Assembly: GCA_013265495.1 (NCBI GenBank)
Contig: MU060796.1
Coordinates: 1,059,104 to 1,123,103 of the forward strand
DNA from: Vicugna vicugna
Lineage: Eukaryota
Reading direction: 5' to 3'
Length of the DNA: 64,000 nucleotides
The notes beneath the pieces are model-generated. The model ran no database searches and had not been told where the DNA came from. It saw only the letters and a list, made by a program, of their open reading frames with translations. The translations under genes were made by a program, and so were the position numbers. Within the stretch, counting starts at the first letter, position 1, and each line of letters starts with the position of its first letter. This document shows, piece after piece, positions 33,675 through 46,292 of the stretch.

Positions 33675-33840
33675 NNNNNNNNNNNNNNNNNNNNNNNNNN
33701 NNNNNNNNNNNNNNNNNNNNNNNNNNNNNNNNNNNNNNNNNNNNNNNNNNNNNNNNNNNNNNNNNNNNNNNNNNNNNNNNNNNNNNNNNNNNNNNNNNNN
33801 NNNNNNNNNNNNNNNNNNNNNNNNNNNNNNNNNNNNNNNN
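33675..33840. other. Assembly gap (166 N) in L1 next to the SINE
   Basis: Direct read. Confidence 1.
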
Positions 33841-33968
33841 ATACCTCAGTAACAGAGTGCGTGCTTAGTCTGCATGAAGTCCTGGATTCCATTTCCAGGG
33901 CCTCCATAAATACATACATACATACATACATACATACATGAATATACCTAATCACCCCCACAAAAAAG
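33841..33968 (+). mobile_element. Camelid-type tRNA-derived SINE (Vic-1-like), 5' end lost in gap
   Basis: ATACCTCAGTAACAGAGTGCGTGCTTAGTCTGCATGAAGTCCTGGATTCCATTTCCAGGGCCTCC resembles tRNA A/B boxes, followed by (TACA)7, CCTAATCACCCCCAC and an A tail. Matches my recollection of the alpaca/camel SINE. Inserted within an L1. Confidence 0.75.
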
Positions 33969-35914
33969 TTGGCAAAAAAACCCAAAAACAAAACAAAAAC
34001 AAATGCTAAGTGAAAGAGGCCTGCCATATAAGATCACATATTGTATAATTCCATTTATCTGAAATAAACAGAATAAGCAAATCTAGAGAGACAGAAAATT
34101 GCTTAATGACATCTTAGAGTTCTAAGGGCTGGTTTGATATGGGGAATAACTGCTAATGGGGACAGGCTTTCTTTCTGGAGTGATGAAAATGTTCCAGAAT
34201 TGATGGTGGTGGTGACTGCACCGCTCTGTGAGTATACTAAAGCCACCAACCAGCGGACCTTTACATGAGTGAATGGCAGTTCACGTGAACTGTATCTCAA
34301 TGGCTGTTGGTAACACCCCACCAGCCAACACACAAACATTCTATTTAAAGACACCCCCCAAAATGTTCAGACGTGCACACGCGTACACACACAAACACAA
34401 CAATAACAACAACCAGAAGAAAACACAAAAGAAAAAGAAATTGAGGGAACTAGGTCAACACCAATAGCTGTGAACATTTTCCCCCAAGACTGGTAATGGA
34501 GAGTGAATTTTTGTTGCAGAGTTTTGGCATAAGAGGTCCTGCTGAAAATACTTACATATAACTTTACCTCCCAGAAGAAGGAGCTTTTGAACCCTCAAAT
34601 AATGATGTTCTGGTGCTTTCTTATTTGGAAGGCTCCCTGGATTGTGCCCATATGCCTATTATTACAGTAACAGGACTCCAAATGGCCATATATGAAGGAG
34701 CACCTGCATGGGGCTTACGGAAGCCTGGGGCTGTTTCCCCCTCAAAAAGCAGACGACTTTCCCTCCACCCGAGCAAACTGCCATTGCCTGATGGTCACTA
34801 AGGAGAGGCAGTGGGAGAAGATGCTTTCTGGAAAATTACAGCGCAGTTCTGTGTCCAGGAAAGATGGAAGCTTGAGAGACACACACCCAGGTCCGGGCAG
34901 GGGGCTCTGGGTTATACACTGTGTAGGAAAGACTTGGGGAAGTTCTCCCCAGGCAGATCAAACCCATGTCTTTATCCAGAGGGCCATCAAATCTATCAAA
35001 TACACTGACTGGCAGAATGTAACTGCAGGGAAGATGAGTTTGGGTTCAGGAAAGCAATGCGGACTTCCCAGCGGCTCATCTTCTGCACAAAATCGCTACC
35101 GTCAAAACCTGCTACCGTCTAGCAGTGGTCAAGCACTGTGATAAACACCTGCATGTGTATTTCATTTAATCCTCAAAACCGTTCAGTAAGGTCAATGCTA
35201 TCATTGTTCCCACTTTGCAAGTGGGGAACTGAGGTCAAGGGAAGAGTGAAGTTTTGAACCCAGTTGCCAAACTCTGAATCACTTCTGCTTCAAAAGCCAG
35301 GTACCCTTAACACATGCTTAATAGGGGAGGGATGGCAAAGGAGGGGAGAACGTCATCCCTTTCTTTCTTTGGCTATTGTGTTGAATTACTACTGAAGCCC
35401 TTGAGAAGCAACATTTTGGAAGAAGCATACAAGAGAAAAATCCCCATCCAAGACACAGGGAGAGGACTAATGAGGGGAGGGATGTATTGCATTGGAAGAT
35501 CTTCCTGCACATGTTTAGGGAAGACAGGAGGAGCAGTGGGGAGGTGAGGATGATGAGAGCATGGAAGAGACCCTCAGAGGTTGAACCAGGCTGTGTCCAC
35601 ACCAGGACCCAGACCGAAACCCTCTTATCCAGCGCTCCAGCAGCAACAAAAGATCCTGGAGACTTGGTCGCAGCCCCCACCCCGGATGGCACCCTCTCCT
35701 CTTCTCCTCCCTGTGCGTGCATCAGGGACCCTTCCTGCAGATGAATGACGAGGGGGCTATGAAACCCATCTGCCCAGCTGACCTTCACCTGAGGGTCCTC
35801 CCTAGACCCACCCTCTTTCCTGTGGGATGGGAAAGAGGGCCCCGGCTGGGGCTGGAAGGACTGGGTTCAAGCCTCAGCCTCAACTCCCATGAGCAAGCTG
35901 TCCACTTTGGTTTC

Positions 35915-37165
35915 TTTCTTTTAATTTTTAAATTTTGACCTACTTTCAGATTTATATAAAAATTGCAATAATTATCCAAAGGTTACCATAAACTCTACAC
36001 CCAGCTGCCCCAAATGTGAACATTTTACCATATTCTTCTCTCAACCCATAAATTAACAGATACAGACACAGACAAGTATGTATCTTATATATGTATAAAC
36101 ATACAGATGTATCTATATATATATATCTATTTCTGTAATATATATGTATAAGATAAAGATATGTGTATACTTATGTAAGTAATATCTATGTAAATGTAAG
36201 TATGTATATAAATACTTATACAAGTACATATACAAGAATATATAGACCACAGAGACATGTATATGCATATATAAAAGCATATATGTGTGTATATAGACAT
36301 ATATATATAAACATTGTACCTCCAATTCCAATCCAACATGGTGCGTTCATTAGATCTTTCTGCTTCTATATACGTAACTCCCTTCTCTGTCAAGGACAAA
36401 CCTGGCTCCCATTATGCACAATATATTTACTGATTTGTGCAATCCCAGAATATGCAGTAAGTATTTTCAAAATTGCTAACCTATACATCTGCCAAAAAGA
36501 AATCCACCATCTAGAGTTAAGACTTACATCAGGTTATGTTGTCTTTCATGCAAACATTGTGTTCCAAAATCACGGGGGTCAGCTCTTCCCCACCCTTCCT
36601 TACAGTGTGGGTTGTGCGTTTCCTTTGAAAACTAGCTCAGTTCTTTTGTTTTTACTTGTATCTCATTTGAAGATCTTCCCCCAACCTTGTTTGATTTTAT
36701 TTCTCTTTTGAGTACATGAAATATCAACATGGTTCCAGAAGTTGTAAGTGAGCCAAAAAAGTATACTAGAGAAATGTCACTTCCTCCCATCCTTTCTCTT
36801 TTCCAACCCCATTTTCATTCACTTCCTGTAACTAACCAGTCTCATTAGTTTCTGTTTTATCCTTCTAGCACTTTTTTTTTGGCACAAATGAGCAAAAACA
36901 CAGATATTTTCTCCCCACCTTTCCTACACAAAAGGTAGCACCCTACTTTAACAACAGGTCCTAGAAATCACCCCCATGTCAGCCCATAGATACCAGCCTC
37001 ACTCTTTTTTACAGCTGCACAGGACTCTGTTGGGTAGATGTAACGCAATTATGCAACTGATGGGTTTTTAGATTGTTCCCAATATTTTGCAGTTACAAAC
37101 AATACAGCAGTGAATAACCTTGGGCATACATATTTTCACATTACTGGAATGCCATCCACTTTTAA
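35915..37165 (-). mobile_element. Old L1 (L1MC/ME) 3' fragments with an internal AT/AC low-complexity expansion at 36060-36310
   Basis: ATTTTGACCTACTTTCAGATTTATATAAAAATTGCA..., TTCCCAATATTTTGCAGTTACAAACAATACAGCAGTGAATAACC. Confidence 0.6.
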
Positions 37166-37174
37166 GTGTTATGT

Positions 37175-37665
37175 ATCAGTAAGGATTAGATTCATCCACA
37201 TATAATAGAAAACCAAAAATAACAGAAACATATAATGGGTTATTGCTATATACATGAAAAAACCCAGAGGTAAGCAGTCCAGGGTTGGCACAGTGGCTCC
37301 ATGGTCATCAGGGACCCAGGTTCCTTCTGTCATTCTATTCTTCCATTCTTAGTAGGTTGTTTCTATCCTTGCAGTTACCTCATGATCTAAAATGGCTGCC
37401 AATACTCCTACCATCACATCTATGCCCCAGGGAGAAGGAAGTAAGAGCAAAAAAGGCCTTCCTCAGTGCTTATTATTTATGAAGACATCCTGGAAGTCTC
37501 TCCCAGCAACTTCTACTTGCATCTCACTGGCCAGAATTAAGTCATGAGGGAGGTTGGGAGAAATAGTCTTATAGCTGACCACACTACTACCTTCAGTGAT
37601 CGGGTTTCTTTTGGTGAGGAATAAGGGGAGAATGGGCATTGGCTGGGCAACTAGCAATTTTTACC
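37175..37665. mobile_element. Old MaLR LTR (MLT1J/K/L-like)
   Basis: GGTCATCAGGGACCCAGGTTCCTTC...AAAATGGCTGCC...CTTGCATCTCACTGGCCAGAA...CATTGGCTGGGCAACTAGCA. Confidence 0.7.
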
Positions 37666-39089
37666 ACCTTACTACAATGAACTTTTCAGCTCTTCCGTTT
37701 TATTCCACAACTAGTAAATCTTCTGCATACAAGAGTGAACAAAAAAAGTCACCTCTTTCCCTAGGGTACTTGGGACAATTTTAGGAGCATTCTCGTGGCA
37801 CTGAGCCAGTGCAGGTCCTCCCCACTAGGGGACCAGGAATGCCCTGGAGAAAGCAGCTACTGGGGATCACCCCTGTTATCCGAGCCACTAGGAGGGTCAG
37901 GTGTTTTCGTGAGAAGAGGAAATACCGCAATACTTCAACAAGCACAGGAGACAAGCCCAGAAGCCAGATGCCACCGTCTCCCACCAGAGGGGAAAGTAAC
38001 AAGGTATTCGACGTTAGCCAGAGAGCCAAACGTATCAAGAGACACCAAAACGTGCCTGAGTTCATCCCAGGGGGATGGGGACTGTCATTCAAAGCAGCAT
38101 TAAGTGCAAACTGAATAATGTAGGAGATGCCCAAAGAGGCAGTGTTGACATGTGACTTTGGGAGCAGAGGCTGGGAAGGGATGAGGTTAGGTAGAGGGGG
38201 CGGCATTTAGACTGAGCAGATGGACTAGACTCAAGCATGGGGACATGGAAAAGAGGACTCCCAGCGTGGCACGGGGAAAGGGGTCTGGAGTCCAGTGGGG
38301 CTGAGTTCACACCCCAGCCTGATGTGTAACAACCACAAAGCCACTTCCTCTCTCAGGGGCTCAGTTTTCTCATCCACATAAAGCCCTCTAGCTGGGCGCA
38401 CATGGAAGGAATTAAGTGATGGATTAAAGATCCAGCAAAGTGGTTATTATCATTAACAGTGACCATCACATCATTTAGTATAAAGGCCAGGTGTCAATGT
38501 CCAGTTACCAGACCCTCCCCAACTAGGATGGAAGCTTAGAGAAGGCAGGAGGGCAAGTCTGCCTGGGGGAGGCTCAGCAGGAGGCCCCCCTTGGGGGTGG
38601 GGACAAGGGTAGAAGCCCAAAGTGAGAGGATTCTCCACTCTCCTTGGTTGAACCTCATTACTCACCACTAGGTAGGGCCAGAAAGATGGCCTCAAGGGCC
38701 AACAGAGGCCACTTCACATCAAGATTGGGGAGGACACTTTATGTTTCCTTTCTCACGTTTCAACATGCTGGGTCCAAAGGAGTTTTGTCCCCAAGGCGTT
38801 GTTCATTAAGGAGTCACCTTCCTCATACTCAGGACTCCAGGGATGTCAACCTATAATTTAGTGATGTCCCAGTGTCAACTGGACGTGCAGCCCTGGACAT
38901 GCCTCAGCCCCTGGAAACATCCCTCCCTTCCCCTCAGGGTGTTTTGAGAAGTCAATCAAAGCTCTGCTCTCAGTGGTTAAAGTATCAGAAAGTGCTCACG
39001 CCCGTAAAACAAATGTGTGTGAAAAGCACATTAATTCTTACTCACTGGACTCTCTTGGATAAGAAGAAAAAAAAAAGGGCTAGAAAAAG

Positions 39090-39310
39090 CAACCATTTAT
39101 TGAGCACCTACTGTGTTTCGATACTTTCCATGCATTATCTCATCTCATCCTGAAAACCATCCCAGGAATATGGGAAGCAACCGTTATCATCCCCATTTTA
39201 CTGAAGACTACAGTGAGATTCAGAGATGTTAAGCGGCTTATCTGAGGTCACAGATTCATTAAATAGCAGAGCTCTGGGATCCAAACCTAGTGCCATATAA
39301 CCAGAACCTA
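39090..39310 (-). mobile_element. MIR SINE
   Basis: CCATTTATTGAGCACCTACTGTG...ATCATCCCCATTTTACTGA...GGATCCAAACCTAG. Confidence 0.8.
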
Positions 39311-40119
39311 GAGTCTTCAAAAGTTAGGCCCTTTAGCAGAGGGCTTTTCAAAGGCTGTAAAGCGGGGCTTGGATGGGAGGACGTGGAGCAGGTGTCCTCA
39401 GGTGGGGGCCTCCCACAGGTCCCTGGTGCCTCCTTTCTACAGAAGACTCGCCCAGGTCTCGTGACAGCCGCTGGCGCAGGGCATCCACTGCTTGAAATCC
39501 AGACTCTCCTCCTTTGCCTCTCAGCCACAGTAAAACCAAAGTTTATTTTCATTCCCTTGTCCCCATGTTAAAGGAGAGCAGAGCTTGGGCCCCAAATTCC
39601 ATTCTAAATAAGGGACCGGAGGACGGTTCAAACTAGTTAAGATGATTTGGCAGTTTGGGAAGAAGTATTGCACGTGAGGGTGTACACACGTACACACAAA
39701 CCCCCCACGAGGCAGACCTGTCGGATCATCCCAGCCATGAGCTCTGATGCCAACCTGGAGCCACAGTAGCACCTTCCCGCCCCACGGCCCCACGCAGGGT
39801 TCGTGGGCAGTCAGCGTGTCCTTTCAGAAGCTGCTTGTTCACATGTGGTTCATGAGTCACCAGGGCCCCTCTGCTTCTCCTTCCTGATGAGAGCCTTTTT
39901 GGATTTCCATGCTCCCTGGCTTCTTCTATGCTCCCAACAGGAAGGCGATTACAGCCTGTGAGCAGCTATAATTTTGGCAGCAGGGATGGAATAAGCGGGC
40001 GGCATGGACCCCTAATAATGGAGATGCTAAAACTAAGTGCCCGCTCTGGCCTAAAAATCTCACGGCATACCCCATGAGGATTTGATAATTGAGGAAGGTG
40101 GTCTTCTAAGACCTTCCTT

Positions 40120-40185
40120 CTCATAGTGTGGTCTCTAAACCAGCATCGTGGGCATCACCCGGGAGCCTGTTAGAAATGCAGGTGT
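40120..40185. mobile_element. MER5A fragment
   Basis: GTGTGGTCTCTAAACCAGCATCGTGGGCATCACCCGGGAGCCTGTTAGAAATGCAG. Confidence 0.7.
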
Positions 40186-41959
40186 CACGTTAATGCACAC
40201 ATCGTAAAACTTCTGACACTCTGCTCCAAGATACTGAAAACGTGGAGGCTTCCCCCAACACACACACCCCAGGTCTAGACAGCTTACCTTTCAGGGCTAA
40301 GTACCCCACAAAATAAATAAATTAACAGTTTGGCAGGAAGATAAGTTTTAACACTATTGCATGCCCCGTTCATCTCCAGGGTACACCAAACCCATCAGCA
40401 TATGAGAGGCCCTGATGAGTCCTGCGTTCAAGAAACATGTTTACTTTTTCATTGAATGGAATGCCTTCCAAACTTATCTGACCACAAAATATTCCTGTCA
40501 CAGAACACGCAACGGTGGAATACGTTCTGAGAAACGCCTTTCCTTGTAAGAAAGGCCATGGGATAATGCCTCGCGTGATCCCTGGGAGAAGGCAGCTGGG
40601 GTGTGCGCAAGACCTGACATTTTTACTCATCAGTTCCAAGACCTCAGGATGTATAAATCAGGAACCTATTTTACAGGTGACAGGGAAGTTTATATCAGTT
40701 ACCTTTAACGGGGGCCACACCCTCATGGCTCGAGGATTCCAGTCTGCCTTCCCACGGTCAACGTCCTCAGCCCAAATTCATTACACAACACTCCTCTCCC
40801 CTGACAACATCACTCTTCTCCCAGGCTTGAGAACAGTGTCTTCCCTCCCCGCTCCCTGACGGCCCCTCACTCCCCTCCCAGTCCCACTGCTACGTCCCTC
40901 CATCTAACTAATCACCCAGTTCATCATATTTTATCTCTGTTGTGTCTTTCAACTCTTCACCCCCTGCTCCTCCCAACTCCGACTATCCTGGCCTCCTGCC
41001 CCCTAAGCACCTCCCTGCTCTGATTTCTCCATAATTCATCCTACGCCCCACACCTAGAGGGATTTCTCAATGCAAAGACATGCCTGCTCCAATAGTATCA
41101 GCAGCAGCATCAGTGTGGGTGACATTTATTAAGCCCTTCCTTTATTCTAATTCTTTCTTATATTGTTATTCCTATTCTGATGACTTGGAAATTGAAGACC
41201 AGGGAGGCTGGGTGACTGGCCTAAGGCCTTCCATGTAGTAAAGAGGATTTAAGGTTGGGTAATACGGCGGCAGAAGCTGAGCGCTTCACCCCTGCATGGC
41301 CCCACCTCTTCTCACAGACTCTGCCATGAAGGCTCCCTTGACAGTCCACCAGCCCTGCTGGCACCTTCTGCCTCAGTCAAGCCAGGCCCATCACTGACGT
41401 GGACCAGGACACTCTGACACATCTCCACCTATCAACATCATCTTGAAATCTTTGCTCAGAGACATTTCCTCCATTCCCAACCACACCCCTCCCCCTTATT
41501 AGTGGACTCCTTCATCACCCCTAGGAGATGGTCAAATTTTTGAGGCAGAGGGCCAAAACTTGCCTATCTGTGTCGCCTACAGTGGGCCTCACACAGGGTT
41601 GGGGTCCCTCTGTCCCCCACAGTCCATTTGTCACTTGACTTTAAAAGATCTGGAGAGGGCTTTAAAACTTTCTATTATAGAATTTTTTTTTCTAACACAG
41701 TCCCAAAATATTTCTAATAAACAAAAGCAGAGAGAGTGGTTTGATGAACTCCCATCACCCATCTTCAACAATTATCAACCTTCTGTCAGTCCTGGTCCAT
41801 CTCTTTCTCCCCCTATGTTTTTGCCAGAGATTGGAAAACATCTCAAACTTCAGGCATGTCACCCATGATTTCCATAGTACCTAACTCTAACAGATAAGAA
41901 CTTTAAAAAACTATAATTATTATATCGTTACCACTGACAAAATTAACAGCATCATATAA

Positions 41960-42171
41960 AAGGTGTTGGCAAACATGGGCCCTCAGGCCAAATCTGGCCC
42001 TCTGTTTTTGTTAATAAAGTTTTATTGGAACCCATTGGCTTTCCTATTGCCTAGGGCTGTCTTCAAGCTGCAACAGAGAGTTGAGCAGTTGTGACCAAAA
42101 CCAAAACCATACAGTCCACAGAGCCTAAAATATTTACTCTCTGGCCCTTACAGAAAGTTTGCTGGCCCCTG
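41960..42171. mobile_element. MER58A hAT-Charlie MITE (inside an L1ME 3' relic of about 41690-42210)
   Basis: GTTGGCAAAC...GGCCAAATCTGGCCC...AATAAAGTTTTATTGGAAC...GCCTAAAATATTTACTCTCTGGCCCTTACAGAAAGTTTGCTGGCCCCTG. Confidence 0.88.
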
Positions 42172-42217
42172 ATACATAATATCCAGTCTGCTTTGAAATT
42201 TCCCAGATTGAAGAGAT

Positions 42218-42482
42218 TGATTGATTGATTGATTGAAGTACAGTTGATGTATAATATTATCTAAGTTACAGGGCACAATATGGTGATTCACCACTTTTAA
42301 AGGTTATACTCCATTTGCAGTTATTATAAAATATTGGCTCTATTCCTTGAGTTGTACAACATATCCTTGTGGCTGATTTTTTTACCTAATAGTTTGTATC
42401 TCTTATTCCCCTCCCTCTCTGTTGCCCCTCCCTCTTCTCTCTCCCCACTGGTAATCACTAGCTTGTTCTCTGTATCTGTAAG
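42218..42482 (-). mobile_element. Younger L1 3' end with (ATTG)n tail
   Basis: ATTGATTGATTGATTGAAGTACAGTTGATGTATAATATTA...CCCCACTGGTAATCACTAGCTTGTTCTCTGTATCTGT. Confidence 0.85.
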
Positions 42483-42484
42483 TG

Positions 42485-43080
42485 AGAGATCTTCCTAAAC
42501 CAAGCTCTGATTATGTCTCTCACCTTCTTAATTTTCACTAGACTCTTTTTGCCGGTGGGGTGGAAGACCTAACATCTAGCAGAAATTTCCAGGATCTTAC
42601 TGTTTGCTGCTCCAGCCTCATCTTACTTGTCCTTTAACCCCACACTCTCTCTGTTCCAGTGTGTCTGCTCTCTTTCAATTCCTCCACAATCCCTTCTCAG
42701 GGCCTTTGCACAAGCTGTTCCCAGGGGTTCCCTGGAGTTACCCCACTCCCCAACCGCCATTTTTGCTCAGTTTACGCCAACTCTTCCCTCAGCTCAAGCC
42801 CACTTCCCCCAAAGGGTCCTCTCTGAGCCCCCAAACTTCCCTGAGCCCCCAGAATCCTCTGTCATGGACAGTGTGTTATTCTTTCACTTGAGATCATTAG
42901 CACCCTTGGAACCATGCATTTCAATGTTGTTTGACCACTGTCTGTCTCTCCACTGGACGCTAAGTCTGGGAGGGTGGCCAGTGTTTTCTTTCTCGTCCCT
43001 GAATTTCTGGCACCTTAGCATGGTGCTCAACACACAGTAGGAGCTCAATAAATATTTGGCAAATAGATGAATCAATTGGT
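42485..43080 (+). mobile_element. L2 3' portion
   Basis: CAGGGCCTTTGCACAAGCTGTTCC...ACACAGTAGGAGCTCAATAAATATTTGGCAAATAGATGAAT. Confidence 0.85.
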
Positions 43081-43204
43081 TTATATTTGTTGGAAATGCC
43101 CCAGTATAAGGAGGCAGACTGAGTTTTCCTTGAGTTTTCCAGGGCCATTTTCTCCATTCTCTCTATCAAGCTCAAAGAGAGAAGTGGAGAGACAAAGATT
43201 TTGA

Positions 43205-43330
43205 AAAGCCTACTATGTGCCAGGCACTTTACAGTTTTTATTGCATTTAATATTCACCACGACCTTACAAGATAAAAATGACCCCCATTTTACAAATGGG
43301 AAATGAAGGCTCAGAGAGATGAAGAGATAA
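43205..43330 (-). mobile_element. MIR SINE
   Basis: CCTACTATGTGCCAGGCAC...CCCATTTTACAAATGGGAAATGAAGGCTCAGAGAG. Confidence 0.8.
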
Positions 43331-43769
43331 CATCACCCAACTCCCAGTCTTTACTCCTCCCTACTGCCAAGCAGCCAGCCACCAGGGCAAGGTTGCTCAA
43401 GACACCTCCTCTGGTTTACCAACCTCTAAATGCAGAATCCTAGCTTTGGTTCTATTCATTTACTGAATTACAAGTCATCATGTCTTCCAAGCATTCAGAG
43501 CCCATGGTGTAGCCCCTTGTTCCAGCCTGTTTTTCTGGGCATCCCTGGTTTGCTTCTCCTGCAAAGATGGCCAAGTCTCTCTTAGAAGCTGACCCAAGGG
43601 CTTCACACAAGCTGCTGCCCACACTCTCACCATGTTAAGACCACGTGGTCATGATGCCATCAGCAGGTGAGCACTGAGCTTATGAAAGATATCAATTCAA
43701 TAAGTATTTACTGAGTAACAAGAATGTTCCAACCCTGAGTAGAAAAACTTACAGACTAAAAAGACAGGA

Positions 43770-43900
43770 ATAACCTATATTGAAAAAGAATATGAAAGGG
43801 AATATATATATGTGTATGTATGTATAACTGAATCACTATGCTGTACACCAGAAAACATCACAGCATTGTAAATCGACTATATGTCAATTAAAAAAACAAA
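43770..43900 (+). mobile_element. Short cetartiodactyl-type L1 3' end
   Basis: GTATAACTGAATCACTATGCTGTACACCAGAAAAC...TTGTAAATCGACTATATGTCAATTAAAAAAA. Confidence 0.8.
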
Positions 43901-43909
43901 AACCAGACA

Positions 43910-44065
43910 AGGTGTTATCTTGTTTAATCCTCATAATATCCTGTGAGGTAACTACTCTCATCATCTCCTTATACAGTGAAGAAATTGAGACTCAGAAAGG
44001 CAGAGACACGTTGCCAAGGTCACACAGCAAGAAAATGATAGAGCAAAAATTCCATCCTGAGTCAA
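43910..44065 (-). mobile_element. MIR SINE
   Basis: TTTAATCCTCATAATATCCTGTGAGGTA...GAAATTGAGACTCAGAAAGG...CCAAGGTCACACAGC. Confidence 0.8.
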
Positions 44066-44411
44066 TTGCTTCACTGGATTTTTTTAATGTTTTATTTTTA
44101 ATTAGAAAAGTAATATAAACGTGCAAAAAAAAAACTATGAAATAGCATAAAGGCAAAATATCTCCATTCCAATTCAGAATCACTGTTAGTGTATTTTTTC
44201 CAGGCATTTTTTAAGCACCTATAAGTGTACATATATATGCAGGTATATGTGCATAGATATTATATACACATGGACACATGCCCACCCACACTCACACACA
44301 TAGGGAATTGCACAAATGCAGGAGTATTCTACCCATGTGCTTCTGAGTGTTTGCTCCATGCACTCAGCAATCTGTCACTGCAGTCTCTAGGCTGGCCAGT
44401 GTACCTTGCAT

Positions 44412-44537
44412 TAGGGCCAGGACCAGGGTGAGGCAAGAGAGGTACCCTGCACTTTTATGACCCCATGGTGGGCACCTCCTTAAATTTTGCACCCTAGGCA
44501 TCTCATTTTTCTCATCCCAGCCCCTGCCCTGGCCCTG
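44412..44537. mobile_element. Short hAT-type MITE with terminal inverted repeats
   Basis: Left end TAGGGCCAGGACCAGGG and right end CCCTGCCCTGGCCCTG, with internal CCTTAAATTTTGCACCC. Family not assigned. Confidence 0.6.
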
Positions 44538-44544
44538 CTTTGCA

Positions 44545-44596
44545 ATACAGCATCTTCTTACTTAATCCTCAGAAGAAGTCTGTGTGCGTAGGTAGG

Positions 44597-44640
<44 letters not shown>

Positions 44641-44710
44641 TTATTATTATTTCCATTTCACAGATGGGAAAACTGAGGTCAGAGAGGTAACCAGCTGTGG
44701 GGTGCACCAA
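44545..44710 (-). mobile_element. MIR SINE with internal (TAC)14(TAT)4 expansion
   Basis: CTTAATCCTCAG...GTAGGTAC[TAC]n...CCATTTCACAGATGGGAAAACTGAGGTCAGAGAGG. Confidence 0.85.
44597..44650. repeat. (TAC)14(TAT)4 compound trinucleotide microsatellite
   Basis: Direct read. Confidence 0.97.
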
Positions 44711-45724
44711 CAGAGGGATGCCCCTGGCTGGGGTGGAAGGGCTCAACCCAGCTGTGCCCAGGGGCATGGCAACTTCTCTTGGGGCTGGAATGAGTACCAA
44801 ACCACACTCCAGAGATGTGGGAGCAGCTGCCCACATCTCCGGGCCTCGGACTGGAGCAGATCTTTGCCCCTTCTCACTGGAGAAACAGTGGGAGAACCAA
44901 GCAAGGACCCTCAGGCCGCTTGGAGAAATCTCTGTTGTATTTTGGCACCAAAGCATTCAGCTGTAAAGCGTGACACAGAAAGTTCTAGTGAGTCACAGGG
45001 CATGGGCAGAGTCTCACAGGTGCACATGGGAGGTGGCCTTGCAGGGGCTCAGGTGGTTTCTGGGCTCTGGAGGAGGTGCAGGCCTGGAGGCAGGTGTGAA
45101 GAGAGGGCTTGCCCCCTGCACCCCACAACAGAAGACAACCCCTCTTTTCCCTTCCCTCTTCACATACAGACACCTTGATTTCCCCCTCCTAAAAAGCATG
45201 GGAACTTCTAAGGATGACTGAAATGCCCAGTTTCAGGAAAACAGGCTCTTTCTCAATGACTGGTGTCCAGATTGCCCTCTCTGTGGATCATCTGTGGACA
45301 ATTGTTAATCCCTTAATGGGCTCCAGAGCCGCCCAGCCCGTTTCCCAGCTGACTCCCAGCGTGCCCCTTGCAGAGCATCCGCCCGCAGCTCCTTCACTGA
45401 GACCTGCAGCCTCCGTGCAGAGCAGCATGTCAGGGCCAGGGTAGAAGTAGCCGGGCCCACACCCCTGCCCATCAACAGCTTCATTGCCCCCCACAGCCAG
45501 GAGGGGAGCCGCTGGAGCAGGCCTATCATTGCGACTATCGTGACCTCACCTCCTGGCACCTAGGAGGTGCTTTGTGAATTCCTGGAAGTTGTGAGTCTTT
45601 CAAATCGGGCTTCTGCCACGTCTCCCAGCACCTGGCCCCCTCGGTCGCCTGGCAAAGACCTCTCAGGCAACTCTCGTGGGCACACAAAGCCACTGTTCTT
45701 CCAGTAACTCAACCCAACTGCCAC

Positions 45725-46292
45725 CTCTTCTTTACTGTAAAAAATACTTATAATACAGCGTACCTTTTTACCCTGAAGTGCGAAATTCAGTGACATCTAG
45801 TACATCCATACTGTTATACAACCATCATCACTACCTAGGTTCCAGAATATCTTCATCACCCCAAAAGACACTCCACAGCCATTAAGCCTTCTCCCCCCAG
45901 CTCCAGGCAACCACTCATCTGCTCTCTGTCTATGGATTTGTCTATTCTGGATACTCCATCCAAATAGAAGCATACAATATGTGACCTTCTGCCTGGCTTC
46001 TTTCACTTAGCATAACGTTTTCAAGGCTGATCTGTGTTGCAGCATATGACAACACTTCATTCCTTTTTAGGGCCAAATAATATTCCATTGTATGGCTGTA
46101 CTGTAAGTCATTTATTCATCTATTAGTGGACATTTGGATTGTTAAATAAATCTTTGGATCATGCTGCTATGAACATTTGTGTACAAGTATTTGTTTGAAT
46201 GTCTCTTTTCGGTTCTTTGGAGTCTATATCCAGGGGTGGAACTGCTGGATCCTTTGGTAAGTCTATGTTTAACTTATTGAGAGACTGCCAAA
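45725..46292 (-). mobile_element. L1MB-type 3' fragment
   Basis: TTCCAGAATATCTTCATCACCCCAAAAG...GGCTTCTTTCACTTAGCATAA...GCTGCTATGAACATTTGTGTACAAG. Confidence 0.88.

Larger units (their letters stand above)
32875..34305 (+). mobile_element. L1MB-type fragment (decayed ORF2 3' end plus 3' UTR), containing an N gap and a SINE
   Basis: CATACACAAAAATTAAC...TAGAAGAAAATACAGG...ATATTTGCAAATTATATATCTGATAAG...GCAAATCAAAACCACAATGAGGTATCAC...ATGCTAAGTGAAAGAGG...GTATCTCAAT. No intact ORF. Confidence 0.9.

Noticed and set aside
36163-36711. 182-aa Tyr/Ile-rich ORF
   Set aside because: Derived from AT/AC low-complexity expansion and an old L1 relic.
44540-45178. 212-aa ORF with poly-Tyr
   Set aside because: The poly-Tyr is the (TAC)n(TAT)n microsatellite inside a MIR; the rest is unremarkable.
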